64,000 bases of DNA from Paracoccaceae bacterium (lineage in GTDB: Bacteria; Pseudomonadota; Alphaproteobacteria; Rhodobacterales; Rhodobacteraceae), in the NCBI GenBank assembly GCA_006226775.1, contig SBGD01000078.1, positions 31,967 through 95,966 of the forward strand, written 5' to 3'. The notes beneath the pieces are model-generated. The model ran no database searches. It saw only the letters and a program-made list of their open reading frames with translations, and was not told the DNA's origin. The position numbers and the translations under genes are program-made. Shown piece after piece: positions 1 through 9,920 of this stretch. Position 1 is the stretch's first letter. Each line of letters begins with the position of its first letter.

Positions 1-587
1 ACCGAGAAGCCCAGGCCCTGGTCGATCACCGCATCGCTGTCGACCAGCGGCGTTTGCGCATGGACCGCGCGCAGGCTGGCATCGTCCAGCACCGCCTGGC
101 CGCGGCGAAACCGGATCTGGTTGAGCCGCATGCCCGGCCGCACCAGCACCGAGAACGACCGCGGGCAGATCTCGGCATAGAGCGGGCCGGCATAGGCCTC
201 GGGGATGCGGTCGAACTCGACCCCCTGGTCGGTGATCGTGCGGGTCAGCAGGTCGAGCCGCCCGGTCGAGCTCTTGGCATTGGCCACCGCCTGCACGCCC
301 CGGGGCAGGGCGAGGCTTTCCATCAGCGGCACCACGTAGACCGCGCCCTTTTCCAGCACCGCGCCCTGGCTGAGGTCGATGTGGTGCATCTCGAATTCTT
401 CAAGCCGGTCGGTGACGCGGCGGCCCGTGCCGGTCAGGAAGGAGGCGCGGACGCGGTAGGCCACGGTTCCCAGCCGCAGATCGAGGCTGGCGGGCTGGAT
501 CTGTTCGTCGGTGATCGCAGGCTCGCCGCGCAGGGTGCCACTCTCGATCAGGGCGCGGATTTGCTGGCTGGCGAGGACACCGGTCAT
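1..587 (-). CDS. dcd: dCTP deaminase (5' part; runs off window start)
   Basis: Manual translation from ATG at 587: MTGVLASQQIRALIESG...IQPASLDLRLG...NAKSSTGRLDL, typical alphaproteobacterial Dcd motifs. Confidence 0.9.
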   Translation of the reverse strand, partial: MTGVLASQQIRALIESGTLRGEPAITDEQIQPASLDLRLGTVAYRVRASFLTGTGRRVTDRLEEFEMHHIDLSQGAVLEKGAVYVVPLMESLALPRGVQAVANAKSSTGRLDLLTRTITDQGVEFDRIPEAYAGPLYAEICPRSFSVLVRPGMRLNQIRFRRGQAVLDDASLRAVHAQTPLVDSDAVIDQGLGFS

Positions 588-651
588 GGGCAGGCTCCGT
601 TGGTTTCGGGGCTGGCCGCGTGCAAGAGGTGTCTATGGGGGAGGAGTAAAA

Positions 652-728
652 TGGTCGGGCTAGCAGGACTCGAACCTGCGACCTTCCGTCCCCCAGACGG
701 ACGCGCTACCAGGCTGCGCCATAGCCCG
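652..728 (-). tRNA. tRNA-Pro (GGG)
   Basis: Reverse complement CGGGCTATGGCGCAGCCTGGTAGC...TCCGT-CTGGGGG-ACGGA...GGTTCGAGTCC...CCCGACCA; cloverleaf, T-loop and encoded CCA. Confidence 0.97.
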
Positions 729-794
729 ACTGGAGTGTCTTCATAGCGGTTTTGGCCGGGGGGGCAAGCGAAAAAATCGGCCATTTCTTCGCGG

Positions 795-2048
795 TCAGCG
801 CCGGGAGGCGTGGTTCATCGCGCGGTGGTGATTGCGGACCCGGATGATCAGGGTTTCGATGCGTTCGGCGGAATGCCTGATCCCGCGCATTTCCTGCGAG
901 GTGAGCAGGGTCAGCACGCCCGGAAACGCCTCGATCTCGTGGTCGCGCGGGTCGGGCGGCACCTGGGCGGCTTCGGGGCGGGCGTCGTTGTCCGGCGGGT
1001 CGTCGGCGTCGGGCGCGGGGGAGTCGGCCGCCGTCTCGACAGGGGTGGCCAGCGGGGGCGCGTCTTCCGGTGCTGCGTCGGCGGTGGGGGCCTCGGGGGC
1101 TGGCGTATCGGCGACGGGAGGGGTGTCCACGGGAGTGACCGCGGCCTCCTCGGGCGTCACCGCGACAGGCGTATCTTCCTCGGGGGCCGCTGCGACAGGC
1201 GTGTCGTCCTCGGGGGCCTCTTCCTCCGGCGAGTCGGCGACAGCGGCGAGGTCTGCGTCAGGCGCCACGGCGGCGCTCGGCTCCTCCGCCGCAACCATGT
1301 CCTCGGAAGTCTCCGGCGCGACCAGGGCCTCTTCGACCGGCGACTTATTGACAGCGGGCGTCTCGGCGGGATCTTCCGCGACCGGCGGCGGGGGGTCGGC
1401 GGGGCTTTCCGCGTTGTCCTCGGCCAGACGCTCGGACATCGGTTTCTGAACGAAATCCGGCAGGTCCTCGGCTTGCGTCGTCGGGGCGACCTCCGGCTCT
1501 TTCTCCGGTGCCTGCGGCGGCTCGGCGCTGGCGGCGACCGCGTCGGGGGTCACTTCGGGGGGCGGAGCGGGCGGCGCTGCGGCCTCGACCTGCGTCTCGG
1601 CAGCCTCGGCTTTGCCGGGCTTCTCGTCCGCGCCGAACAGATCGGCGGTGGCGGCGGGTTTCGGTTCGGGGCGGGCGGAGAACTCCAGCACCCGCCCGGT
1701 CTCGGGCGCGGGGGGGCGCGCAGGCGCGGGCGCGGCAGAGCGCGGCGCGATCATCGCTTCGAGGTCTTCGTCCAGCGGCGGCGAGAGCGCGGAGACATGC
1801 TTGATGCCCTGTTCGCGCAGCACCTTCTGCACGCCCTTGATGGTCATGCCATCGTCATGCAGCAGCTTCTTGATGCCGCCGATCAGCACCATGTCGGCGG
1901 GGCGGTAATAACGCCGCCCGCCGGCGCGCTTGACCGGCTTGACCTGGCTGAACTTGCTTTCCCAGAAGCGCAGCACATGCGCCGGCGTCTGCAGCCAGTC
2001 CGCGACCTCGGAAATGGTGCGAAAGGCGTCGGGGGATTTGCTGGACAT
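795..2048 (-). CDS. MerR-family HTH regulator with long Pro/Ala/Glu-rich tail
   Basis: N-terminal FRTISEVA...[24 protein letters not shown] MerR HTH; usual position downstream of ihfA. Confidence 0.9.
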   Translation of the reverse strand: MSSKSPDAFRTISEVADWLQTPAHVLRFWESKFSQVKPVKRAGGRRYYRPADMVLIGGIKKLLHDDGMTIKGVQKVLREQGIKHVSALSPPLDEDLEAMIAPRSAAPAPARPPAPETGRVLEFSARPEPKPAATADLFGADEKPGKAEAAETQVEAAAPPAPPPEVTPDAVAASAEPPQAPEKEPEVAPTTQAEDLPDFVQKPMSERLAEDNAESPADPPPPVAEDPAETPAVNKSPVEEALVAPETSEDMVAAEEPSAAVAPDADLAAVADSPEEEAPEDDTPVAAAPEEDTPVAVTPEEAAVTPVDTPPVADTPAPEAPTADAAPEDAPPLATPVETAADSPAPDADDPPDNDARPEAAQVPPDPRDHEIEAFPGVLTLLTSQEMRGIRHSAERIETLIIRVRNHHRAMNHASRR

Positions 2049-2062
2049 CGCGACCGGCCCGG

Positions 2063-2365
2063 TCAGCGCCGGTTGCCGGCGGCAACGCGGTCTTTCATCA
2101 GGTGCGACGGGCGGAAGGTCAGCACCCGGCGCGGCTCGATCGGCACTTCTTCGCCGGTCTTGGGGTTGCGGCCCACGCGGGCGGCCTTTTCGCGCACCGA
2201 GAAGGTGCCGAAGGAGGAAATCTTGACCTGTTCCCCCGAAACCAGCGAATCCGACATCAGCGTCAGCACCCGTTCCACCAGTTCGGCGCTCTCGTTGCGC
2301 GACAGGCCCACCTCGCGAAATACCGCTTCGCTGAGGTCCATACGTGTGAGTGTCTTGTCACTCAT
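2063..2365 (-). CDS. ihfA: Integration host factor alpha subunit
   Basis: VKISSFGTF...[23 protein letters not shown] signature. Confidence 0.97.
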   Translation of the reverse strand: MSDKTLTRMDLSEAVFREVGLSRNESAELVERVLTLMSDSLVSGEQVKISSFGTFSVREKAARVGRNPKTGEEVPIEPRRVLTFRPSHLMKDRVAAGNRR

Positions 2366-2465
2366 GACAAATCTCCCGGAATTTCCCGCAGCTTAGGCAG
2401 GGAAGCAATTCCGAGTCAATATCAAGGACTTATCCATAGCGCTTCATGCGGCCGAAATCGGGCCC

Positions 2466-3437
2466 TTACCAGCGGATAATCACCGCGCCCCAGGCCAGCC
2501 CGCCGCCGATCGCCTCGGTCACCACCAGGTCGCCCTGCTTGATCTGGCCGCGCTCGACCCCCACCGACAGCGCCAGCGGGATCGAGGCGGCAGAGGTATT
2601 GCCGTGGTCCTGCACGGTGACGACGACCTTGTCCATCGGCAGGCCCATCTTCTTTGCCGTGCCCTGGATGATGCGGATATTGGCCTGGTGCGGCACGATC
2701 CAGTCGACATCCGCGGTGGTCACCCCGGCCTTGTCGATCGCGGCCTGGGCGGTGGCGGCCAGTTTCTCGATGGCGTGGCGGAAGACCTCCTTGCCCTGCA
2801 TCCGCAGAAAGCCGGTGGTCTGGGTCGAGACGCCGCCATCGACGTAGAGCACGTCCTTGTGGCGGCCATCGGAATTGAGATCGGTGGCCAGGATGCCGCG
2901 GTCGTCGGAGGTGCCCTTGCCCTCCTGCGCCTCGAGGATCAGCGCGCCGGCGCCGTCGCCGAACAGCACGCAGGTGCCGCGGTCGGTCCAGTCCATGATG
3001 CGGCTGAAGGTCTCGGCACCGATCACCATCACCCGTGTCGCCTGGCCCGAGAGGATCAGCGCATTGGCATTGGTCAGCGCATAGGCGAACCCGGCGCAGA
3101 CCGCCTGCAGGTCGAAGGCATAGCCGCGGGTCATGCCGATATTGGCCTGCACCATGGTCGCCGCCGAGGGAAAGGTCAGATCGGCGGTCGAGGTGGCCAG
3201 CACGATGGCGTCGAGGTCATTGGCCTCCAGCCCGGCATTGGCCAGCGCGGCCTGCGCGGCCCGGGTGGCGAGGTCCGAGGTGGTCTCGCCCTCGGCGGCG
3301 AAGTGGCGGCGCTCGATCCCCGAGCGGGTGCGGATCCACGCATCGGAGGTGTCGAGCGACGCTTCGAATTCGGCATTTTCGACAATTCTCTCGGGCAGGT
3401 AATGCCCCACGCCGATGACAACCGCCCGTCGCGTCAT
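2466..3437 (-). CDS. fabH: 3-oxoacyl-ACP synthase III
   Basis: DTSDAWIRTRSGI, AVCAGF (catalytic Cys), PHQANIRI, GNTSAASIP. Confidence 0.97.
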   Translation of the reverse strand: MTRRAVVIGVGHYLPERIVENAEFEASLDTSDAWIRTRSGIERRHFAAEGETTSDLATRAAQAALANAGLEANDLDAIVLATSTADLTFPSAATMVQANIGMTRGYAFDLQAVCAGFAYALTNANALILSGQATRVMVIGAETFSRIMDWTDRGTCVLFGDGAGALILEAQEGKGTSDDRGILATDLNSDGRHKDVLYVDGGVSTQTTGFLRMQGKEVFRHAIEKLAATAQAAIDKAGVTTADVDWIVPHQANIRIIQGTAKKMGLPMDKVVVTVQDHGNTSAASIPLALSVGVERGQIKQGDLVVTEAIGGGLAWGAVIIRW

Positions 3438-4549
3438 GTCTGCTCTCCCGTGGCCTCGGAGGACGAGGCGGTCTGTGTCACCCTGGCCGCCGCCGCAATC
3501 CGGGCCGCGACCTTTTCGTTGAACCCCGAACGGGCAAGCTGAAAGGCCAGCTTGACCGCGGCGCTGACCGCGGTGGCATCCGCCGATCCATGGGACTTTA
3601 CCACAGTTCCGTTCAGCCCGAGAAACACTCCGCCATTGACCCGCCGCGGATCGATGCGTTTCTGCAACCGTCTGAGCGAGGGCAGCGCCAGAAGCGCGGC
3701 CAGCCGCGACAGGGGGGTGTACTTGAAGGCTTCCTTCAGGAAATCGCCGATCAGGCTGGCGGTGCCTTCGCCGGTCTTGAGCGCGATATTGCCGGTGAAG
3801 CCGTCGGTGACGATCACGTCGGCGCGGTTGCCGGGAATATCGCCGCCCTCGACGAATCCGACAAAGTCGAAACGCGCCGCCGCGGCATGTTCGCGGATCA
3901 GGTCATGGGCGTCCTTGAGTTCCTGCCGGCCCTTGTGCTCTTCGGTGCCGACATTGAGCAGCCCGACCCGCGGCATGTCGACCTGCAGGCCGTTGCGCGC
4001 ATAGGACGCGCCCATCAGGGCATATTGCAGAAGGTCATGGGCATCGGCGCGCACATCCGCACCGACGTCGAGCATGACGTTGAAGCCATGTTCGTTGCGC
4101 GAGGGCCAGAGCACGCCGATCGCCGGGCGATTGACGCCGGGCAGCTTGCGCAGGCGCACCATCGACAGCGCCATCAGCGCGCCGGTATTGCCGCAGGAGA
4201 CCGCGACCTTGGCCTCGCCATTGCGCACCGATTCCACCGCCGACCACATCGAGGTGCCCTTGCCGTTGCGCATCACCTGGCTGGGCTTGTCGCTCATCGA
4301 CACGACGCCCTGGGCATCGCGGATCTCGCAGCGGCCCCGCAGGTTCTTGCGCTTGTCGACCAGCGGGCGCAGCTGATCCTCCGGCCCGTGCAGGATGAAG
4401 GCCAGTTCGGGGTTCTTGCTGGCGGATTCGTCGCATCCAGCGACGACAGGGCCGGGACCGCGGTCCCCGCCCATGGCGTCGATCGAGAGGATAACCGTGC
4501 CGTCGCCGGCCCCGGTTTCCGCCGCAGTCTTGTCCATGCTCGCGGTCAT
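3434..4549 (-). CDS. plsX: Phosphate acyltransferase PlsX
   Basis: IDAMGGD, GNTGALM, LLNVGTEEHKG, DGFTGN, KSHGS motifs; lies between rpmF and fabH. Confidence 0.96.
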   Translation of the reverse strand: MTASMDKTAAETGAGDGTVILSIDAMGGDRGPGPVVAGCDESASKNPELAFILHGPEDQLRPLVDKRKNLRGRCEIRDAQGVVSMSDKPSQVMRNGKGTSMWSAVESVRNGEAKVAVSCGNTGALMALSMVRLRKLPGVNRPAIGVLWPSRNEHGFNVMLDVGADVRADAHDLLQYALMGASYARNGLQVDMPRVGLLNVGTEEHKGRQELKDAHDLIREHAAAARFDFVGFVEGGDIPGNRADVIVTDGFTGNIALKTGEGTASLIGDFLKEAFKYTPLSRLAALLALPSLRRLQKRIDPRRVNGGVFLGLNGTVVKSHGSADATAVSAAVKLAFQLARSGFNEKVAARIAAAARVTQTASSSEATGEQT

Positions 4550-4572
4550 CGAGGGGCCTTGCGTTGCAAGCC

Positions 4573-4779
4573 TCAGGCTGCGTCTTCGTCCAGCTCGATC
4601 TCGTCGGCAACGGCGATGACTTCGCGCTCGGCATAGTGGCCGCAGGCGGGGCAGACATGGTGCGGGCGCTTCAGCTCACCGCAGTTGTCGCATTCGTTGG
4701 GGTTGGCAGCGACCAGGGCATCGTGCGCACGACGGTTGTTGCGGCGCGATTTGGACACTTTATTCTGCTGAACAGCCAT
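4573..4779 (-). CDS. rpmF: 50S ribosomal protein L32 (Zn-ribbon type)
   Basis: [19 protein letters not shown]...[16 protein letters not shown]. Confidence 0.97.
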   Translation of the reverse strand: MAVQQNKVSKSRRNNRRAHDALVAANPNECDNCGELKRPHHVCPACGHYAEREVIAVADEIELDEDAA

Positions 4780-4948
4780 GGCTCAATCTCAAGTCTTTTC
4801 TATGGGGCACAGACATGCGCCCGCGGTTTCGGGTGGTTCCGGGCAGATACGCCCATATGGGCGGTATATACAACCCCAAATCTCTCAGAGGGCGCGAAAA
4901 TACGAGTTTCCGCCCGGGGTGCAAGCGATTCCCGCGACCCCCGCGCGA

Positions 4949-5518
4949 TCAGCCCTCGTCGCCCTTGTCCGAGAGCCTGTCGCGCAGCCCGGCAAGCCCG
5001 GCAAAGGGCTTGGTATCGGCCTCGCGCAGCGGTGTCTTGCCGGGCTCGGTCACCACCGTCTCGCCCAGGTCGGGCGCATCCGGCGCGCGGGGGTAGTCGG
5101 GGATCTCCAGCACCAGCGCCTCGACCATCACCGCCCAGGGGTCGATCAGCGCGCCCAAGGGCTCGATGGTGTCATCCTCGGGCATCTCGGTCTCCGATCC
5201 CGCCTCGGCCTGCGTCTCCCAGTCCGCCAGGAAGCGCCGCTCGACCTCGGCGTCGATCCGGGTGGTCACCGGGGCAAGGGTCTGCACGCAGGGCTGCACC
5301 ACCGTCGCGCCCAGGGTGGCGGTCAGCACGAAGTCGTGCTTGCCGGTGCCGCGGATCTCGCCGACAAAGCGCAGCTTGCGCAGGGCCGAGAGCCCGAGCA
5401 TCTCGGCCAGCACCGCGCGGGCGGGGGCATCCGGCACGATCTCAAAGACTTGCGGGCGGTTCTGCGGCAGGGCCGAAACCTGGAGGGCATGGGGCGACGT
5501 TTGACGGGAATGGGGCAT
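4949..5518 (-). CDS. YceD/DUF177 family protein
   Basis: C-terminal part of the long ORF, from MPHSRQ; VVQPCVQTLAPV, EALVLEIPDYPR, KPFAGLAGL; upstream of rpmF. Confidence 0.88.
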   Translation of the reverse strand: MPHSRQTSPHALQVSALPQNRPQVFEIVPDAPARAVLAEMLGLSALRKLRFVGEIRGTGKHDFVLTATLGATVVQPCVQTLAPVTTRIDAEVERRFLADWETQAEAGSETEMPEDDTIEPLGALIDPWAVMVEALVLEIPDYPRAPDAPDLGETVVTEPGKTPLREADTKPFAGLAGLRDRLSDKGDEG

Positions 5519-5605
5519 GAGCCTCGACGCTTCCTTTCTTGAACCGGGAAGAAACCTTCTGTAAGCGGGATAAAAGTCGGCGGTGAGCAATACAAGAGGG
5601 CAGCA

Positions 5606-6064
5606 ATGACAGGCATTACCAGAGCGCGGCGCGTGATCGTTGCTTTGACCTGCGCCGCGCTGTTGTCGGCCTGTGTCGCACAGTACCGCAACCATGGCTA
5701 CCTGCCCACCGATGACGAGTTGCAGAATGTCATTGTCGGCGTCGACACCCGCGATACCGTGGCCGAAAGCATCGGCGTGCCGGGCACCGGCGGCGTGCTG
5801 GAAGGCGGCAATTACTACTATATCGGCAGCCAGGTGCGCCATTACGGCCTGTTCGCCCCCGAAACGGTCGACCGCCAGATCGTCGCCGTCGAGTTCGACG
5901 ACAGCGGCGTGGTCGACAATATCTCGCGCTACGGGCTCAAGGACGGGCGGGTGGTGACGCTGACCCGCCGGGTGACCCAGGTGGGCGACGGCGACATCGG
6001 CTTCATCCGCCGGCTGTTCGGCAATATCGGCGGGCTCGACCTGAGTGGTTTCGGCAGCGACTGA
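5606..6064 (+). CDS. bamE: Outer membrane assembly lipoprotein BamE
   Basis: Lipobox LSAC, HGY.P, GVDTRDTV...G.P, SmpA/OmlA-like size and context. Confidence 0.88.
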   Translation: MTGITRARRVIVALTCAALLSACVAQYRNHGYLPTDDELQNVIVGVDTRDTVAESIGVPGTGGVLEGGNYYYIGSQVRHYGLFAPETVDRQIVAVEFDDSGVVDNISRYGLKDGRVVTLTRRVTQVGDGDIGFIRRLFGNIGGLDLSGFGSD

Positions 6065-6178
6065 CCCGGCCCCGGGCGCCGCAGGGCGGCCCCCCGCGGA
6101 TCCTGACGTGACGTCAGGCGGCCGGGCCGTCAGACTCGCCTGACGGGGTGGGGGATCGGAACTGAGGGCGGCATCGTC

Positions 6179-6934
6179 ATGACTGGACCGGGCAGAGGGC
6201 GCTACCTTGCACGCATGGCCGAAACGCCGGCCGAGGTCGAGGCCGCCCAGGCGCTGCGCCACCTGGCCTTTCACGGGCGCGCCGGGCTCGACAGCGACGC
6301 CCATGACGCGCTTTGCGCCCATGTGCTGGTCGAGGACCGGCGCGATGGCCGGCTGGTCTGCTGCTTTCGCATCCTGCCGCTGGCCGGCGGCGGCGAGATC
6401 GCCAAATCCTATTCCGCGCAATATTACGAGCTCTCCGCGCTGGCGGCCTATCAAGGCAAGATGGTCGAGATGGGCCGCTTCTGCCTGCACCCCGAGGTCG
6501 GCGACCCGGATGTGCTGCGCGCCGCCTGGGGGGCGATGACCTCCTATGTGGATGCCAACGCGGTCGACCTGCTGTTCGGCTGCACCTCGTTCCAGGGCAC
6601 CGAGGCGCGCCGGTACTACGACGCCTTCGCCATGCTGAAAGAGCGCCACCTCGGCCCGAAATGCTGGCTGCCGGCGGTCAAGGCGCCCAATGTCTTCCGC
6701 TTTGCCGCGCGTCTCAGGCGCAAGCCCGACATGAAGCTGGCCATGCGCCGGATGCCGCCACTTCTGCGCACCTACCTGCTGATGGGCGGCTGGGTCAGCG
6801 ATCACGCGGTGGTCGACCGGCAGATGAACACGCTGCATGTCTTCACCGGGGTCGAGATCGGGCGCATCCCGCCCGAGCGCAAGAAGCTGTTGCGCGCGCT
6901 GTCCCGACTTGACCATTTCGCGCCGCTTGCATAG
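6179..6934 (+). CDS. olsB: GNAT N-acyltransferase, ornithine-lipid synthesis OlsB-like
   Basis: AQALRHLAF, EMGRFC.HP, LFGCTSF.G, PPLLRTYL..GG.V...AVVD..NT.HV motifs. Confidence 0.75.
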   Translation: MTGPGRGRYLARMAETPAEVEAAQALRHLAFHGRAGLDSDAHDALCAHVLVEDRRDGRLVCCFRILPLAGGGEIAKSYSAQYYELSALAAYQGKMVEMGRFCLHPEVGDPDVLRAAWGAMTSYVDANAVDLLFGCTSFQGTEARRYYDAFAMLKERHLGPKCWLPAVKAPNVFRFAARLRRKPDMKLAMRRMPPLLRTYLLMGGWVSDHAVVDRQMNTLHVFTGVEIGRIPPERKKLLRALSRLDHFAPLA

Positions 6935-6943
6935 CTGCGGGGC

Positions 6944-8749
6944 ATGGCCCAGATACCCCTTCTCCAGCTTTCCGGCATCTCGCTCACCTTCGGCGGCAAC
7001 CCGGTCTTCGACCAGCTCGACCTGATCGTGCAGGAGCGCGATCGCGTGGCGCTTGTGGGCCGCAACGGCTCGGGCAAATCGACCTTGATGAAGGTCATGG
7101 CCGGCCTGGTCGAACCCGACCGCGGCACCCGGGTGGTGACCCCCGGCGCCAGCGTCGGCTACATGGAGCAAGAGCCTGACATGGCCGGCTTTTCCACCCT
7201 GGGCGACTTTGCCACCAGCGGGCTGGAGCCGGGCGAGATGTACAAGGTCGAACGCGCCGGCGAAGGGTTGAAATTCGACCCCGCCCGCCCGGTCGAGACC
7301 GCCTCGGGCGGCGAGCGGCGGCGCGCGGCGCTGGCCAAGCTGATGGCCGAGGCGCCGGAACTGATGCTGCTGGACGAGCCCACGAACCATCTCGACATCG
7401 AGGCGATCGGCTGGCTCGAGACCGAGTTGAAGGCGACCCGCGCGGCTTACGTCCTGATCTCGCACGACCGGGCGTTTCTGAATGAACTGAGCCGCGCAAC
7501 CCTCTGGATCGACAGGGGAATGGTACGGCGGCAGGAAAAGGGTTTCGTGGATTTCGAGGCCTGGCGCGACAAGGTCTGGGAAGACGAGGACATGGCGCGC
7601 CACAAGCTCGACCGCAAGATCCGCTCCGAGGCGCGCTGGGCCGTCGAGGGCATCAGCGCCCGGCGCAAGCGCAATATGGGCCGGGTGCGCGCCCTGGGCG
7701 AGTTGCGCGCCGAACGCGCCGCGCAGATCCGCCGCCAGGGCAGTGCCGCCATGGCGCTGGACAGCGGCCCGAAATCCGGCCGCAAGGTGATCGAAGCGGA
7801 AGGCATCACAAAGGCTTACGACGGCAAGCTCATCTGCCGCGACTTCTCGCTCAAGGTCCAGCGCGGCGACCGGGTGGCCTTTGTCGGGCCCAATGGCGTG
7901 GGCAAGACGACGCTGTTGAAGATCCTCATGGGCGAGGTCGAACCCGATGCCGGCAAGGTCACGCTGGGCACCAACCTGGTGCCCGCGGTCTTCGACCAGG
8001 CGCGGGCGCGGCTCGACATGAATGCCACGCTCTGGGACAACCTGACCGGCGACCCCGAGATGCGCGTCTCGGGCAAGGCCGACCAGGTGATGGTGCGCGG
8101 CCAGCCCAAGCACGTGGTCGGTTATCTCAAGGAATTCCTGTTCGACGAGGCCCAGGCCCGCGCGCCGATCCGCTCGCTCTCGGGCGGGGAACGCGCGCGG
8201 CTGCTGCTCGCGCGGATCATGGCGCGGGAAAGCAACCTTCTGGTGCTGGACGAACCGACCAACGATCTGGACGTCGAAACCCTCGATCTTCTGCAGGATC
8301 TGCTGGCCGATTATGACGGCACCGTGCTGCTGGTCAGCCACGACCGCGATTTCCTCGACCGGGTGGCGGAAACGACGATTGCCATGGAGGGCGACGGCAA
8401 GGTCACGGCCTATGCCGGCGGCTGGAGCGACTACCAGAGCCAGCGGGGCCGCGAGGCACCAGCGGATAAACCCGAGAAACCAAGGGTTTCCAAGCCGAAG
8501 GTGAAGCAGGAGAAGGCGGCGCAGGACGGGCTCAGCTTTACCGAGAAGCACCGACTGGAGGAATTGCCCGCGGTCATGGCGCGGCTCGAGGCCGAGATCG
8601 GCAAGCTCGAGACCCTGCTGGCCGATCCTGGGCTTTTCACCCGCGAGCCGGTGAAATTCAAGAAGGCGACCGAGGCGCTGGTCGAACGGCAGGGCAAGCT
8701 GGCGGCGGCCGAGGACGAATGGCTGATGCTGGCCGACAAGGCCGGCTAG
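6944..8749 (+). CDS. ABC-F family ATPase (Uup-like)
   Basis: Two Walker A motifs (GRNGSGKST, GPNGVGKTT), two SGGE signatures, no transmembrane segment, C-terminal coiled coil. Confidence 0.93.
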   Translation: MAQIPLLQLSGISLTFGGNPVFDQLDLIVQERDRVALVGRNGSGKSTLMKVMAGLVEPDRGTRVVTPGASVGYMEQEPDMAGFSTLGDFATSGLEPGEMYKVERAGEGLKFDPARPVETASGGERRRAALAKLMAEAPELMLLDEPTNHLDIEAIGWLETELKATRAAYVLISHDRAFLNELSRATLWIDRGMVRRQEKGFVDFEAWRDKVWEDEDMARHKLDRKIRSEARWAVEGISARRKRNMGRVRALGELRAERAAQIRRQGSAAMALDSGPKSGRKVIEAEGITKAYDGKLICRDFSLKVQRGDRVAFVGPNGVGKTTLLKILMGEVEPDAGKVTLGTNLVPAVFDQARARLDMNATLWDNLTGDPEMRVSGKADQVMVRGQPKHVVGYLKEFLFDEAQARAPIRSLSGGERARLLLARIMARESNLLVLDEPTNDLDVETLDLLQDLLADYDGTVLLVSHDRDFLDRVAETTIAMEGDGKVTAYAGGWSDYQSQRGREAPADKPEKPRVSKPKVKQEKAAQDGLSFTEKHRLEELPAVMARLEAEIGKLETLLADPGLFTREPVKFKKATEALVERQGKLAAAEDEWLMLADKAG

Positions 8750-9819
8750 ACCGGCCGGCGCGCCAGCGGCAGAAGGCGGCTCAAGAGCATCAGTTCCAGC
8801 ACCGTCAGCAGGATGCGCATGACGTGGAACAGCGAGACCAGCGCCGGGCTGGTGGCCAGGCCCAGCGCGATGATCGACATTTCGGTCACGCCGCCGGGCG
8901 CGAAGCTGATCAGCAGGACGAGGAAGGGCAGGCCGGTCACCTGTGCCAGCCCCCAGGCAATGGTCGCGCCGAGGATCAGCATGTAGCCGACCGAGACCAG
9001 CGCCAGCCCGACCGAGCGTTGCAGCAGCCCCGCGGTGATGCCGCGGAACCGCAGGCCGAGGCTGGCCCCGACCACCACCTGCGCCGCGGCGATCAGCCAG
9101 AAGGGCACATGCAGATCGACGAACCCCGCCAGCGTCAGCCCGCCGACCAGCAGGAGCGGCCCGGTCAATTGCCCCGCGGGCAGCCGCGCCAGCCGCGCCA
9201 GCGCCAGCCCGACGCCGCCGGCCACGATCACCAGCGCCAGCTCGGCCAGTTCGACGCTGGCCGGCGGCCCGCCGGGGACCACGCCCGCCGCACTGCCCAC
9301 CGGCTGGCCGAGCCAGAGCGAGAGACCGGTGGGAATCGCCGTCACCACCACGATGATGCGCAGGAATTGCTGGATGGTCAGGACCTGCACATCGGCGCCG
9401 GAGGATTCGCCCAGCAGGATGCTCTCCATCAGCCCGCCCGGCGTGCCGCTGTAAAAGGCGGTGGGCCGGTCGAAGCCGCCAATGCGGCGGAAAATCAGGT
9501 AGTTGCCGCCATGCGCCAGCGCGATGAACCCGGCCAGAACCGCGAGGAACAGGGGCAGATCGGCGAGCTGGTCGAGCAGGTCGGGCGAGACCTGGGTGCC
9601 GATCATCACGCCGATCATCGACACGAAGCCGGTGCGCAGCGGCATCGGGAAGCGATAGCCCTGCAACAGCCCGCCTTGGGTGCGCGCCACCAGCAGCGCC
9701 GAGGCGATCAGCGATCCCAGCATCCAGGGCATCGGCAGATGCGCCAGTTGCGCCAGAACGCCTGCGATGGCGCAGGCGACAAGCAGTCCGGCAGTGGTGA
9801 TCAACATGCGCAGGGTCAT
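8746..9819 (-). CDS. AbrB-family (AidB regulator/ammonia monooxygenase-like) membrane protein
   Basis: Duplicated hydrophobic halves with PMPWMLG, TPGGLMES and APGGVTEM motifs. Confidence 0.85.
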   Translation of the reverse strand: MTLRMLITTAGLLVACAIAGVLAQLAHLPMPWMLGSLIASALLVARTQGGLLQGYRFPMPLRTGFVSMIGVMIGTQVSPDLLDQLADLPLFLAVLAGFIALAHGGNYLIFRRIGGFDRPTAFYSGTPGGLMESILLGESSGADVQVLTIQQFLRIIVVVTAIPTGLSLWLGQPVGSAAGVVPGGPPASVELAELALVIVAGGVGLALARLARLPAGQLTGPLLLVGGLTLAGFVDLHVPFWLIAAAQVVVGASLGLRFRGITAGLLQRSVGLALVSVGYMLILGATIAWGLAQVTGLPFLVLLISFAPGGVTEMSIIALGLATSPALVSLFHVMRILLTVLELMLLSRLLPLARRPV

Positions 9820-9920
9820 GGCGGCGCTTGTATACCCGCCGTCGCGCAAGCGAAAGAGTGCAGGAAAGCGAGGGGCCAGCCCCTCGCGCTCCCCGGAGTT
9901 TAGGGGCAAGATGAAGCCTC

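Noticed and set aside
6100-6146. Two short CTGACG-ended hairpins between bamE and olsB
   Set aside because: Short GC-rich stems, compatible with an ordinary terminator or chance; no other copies noticed.
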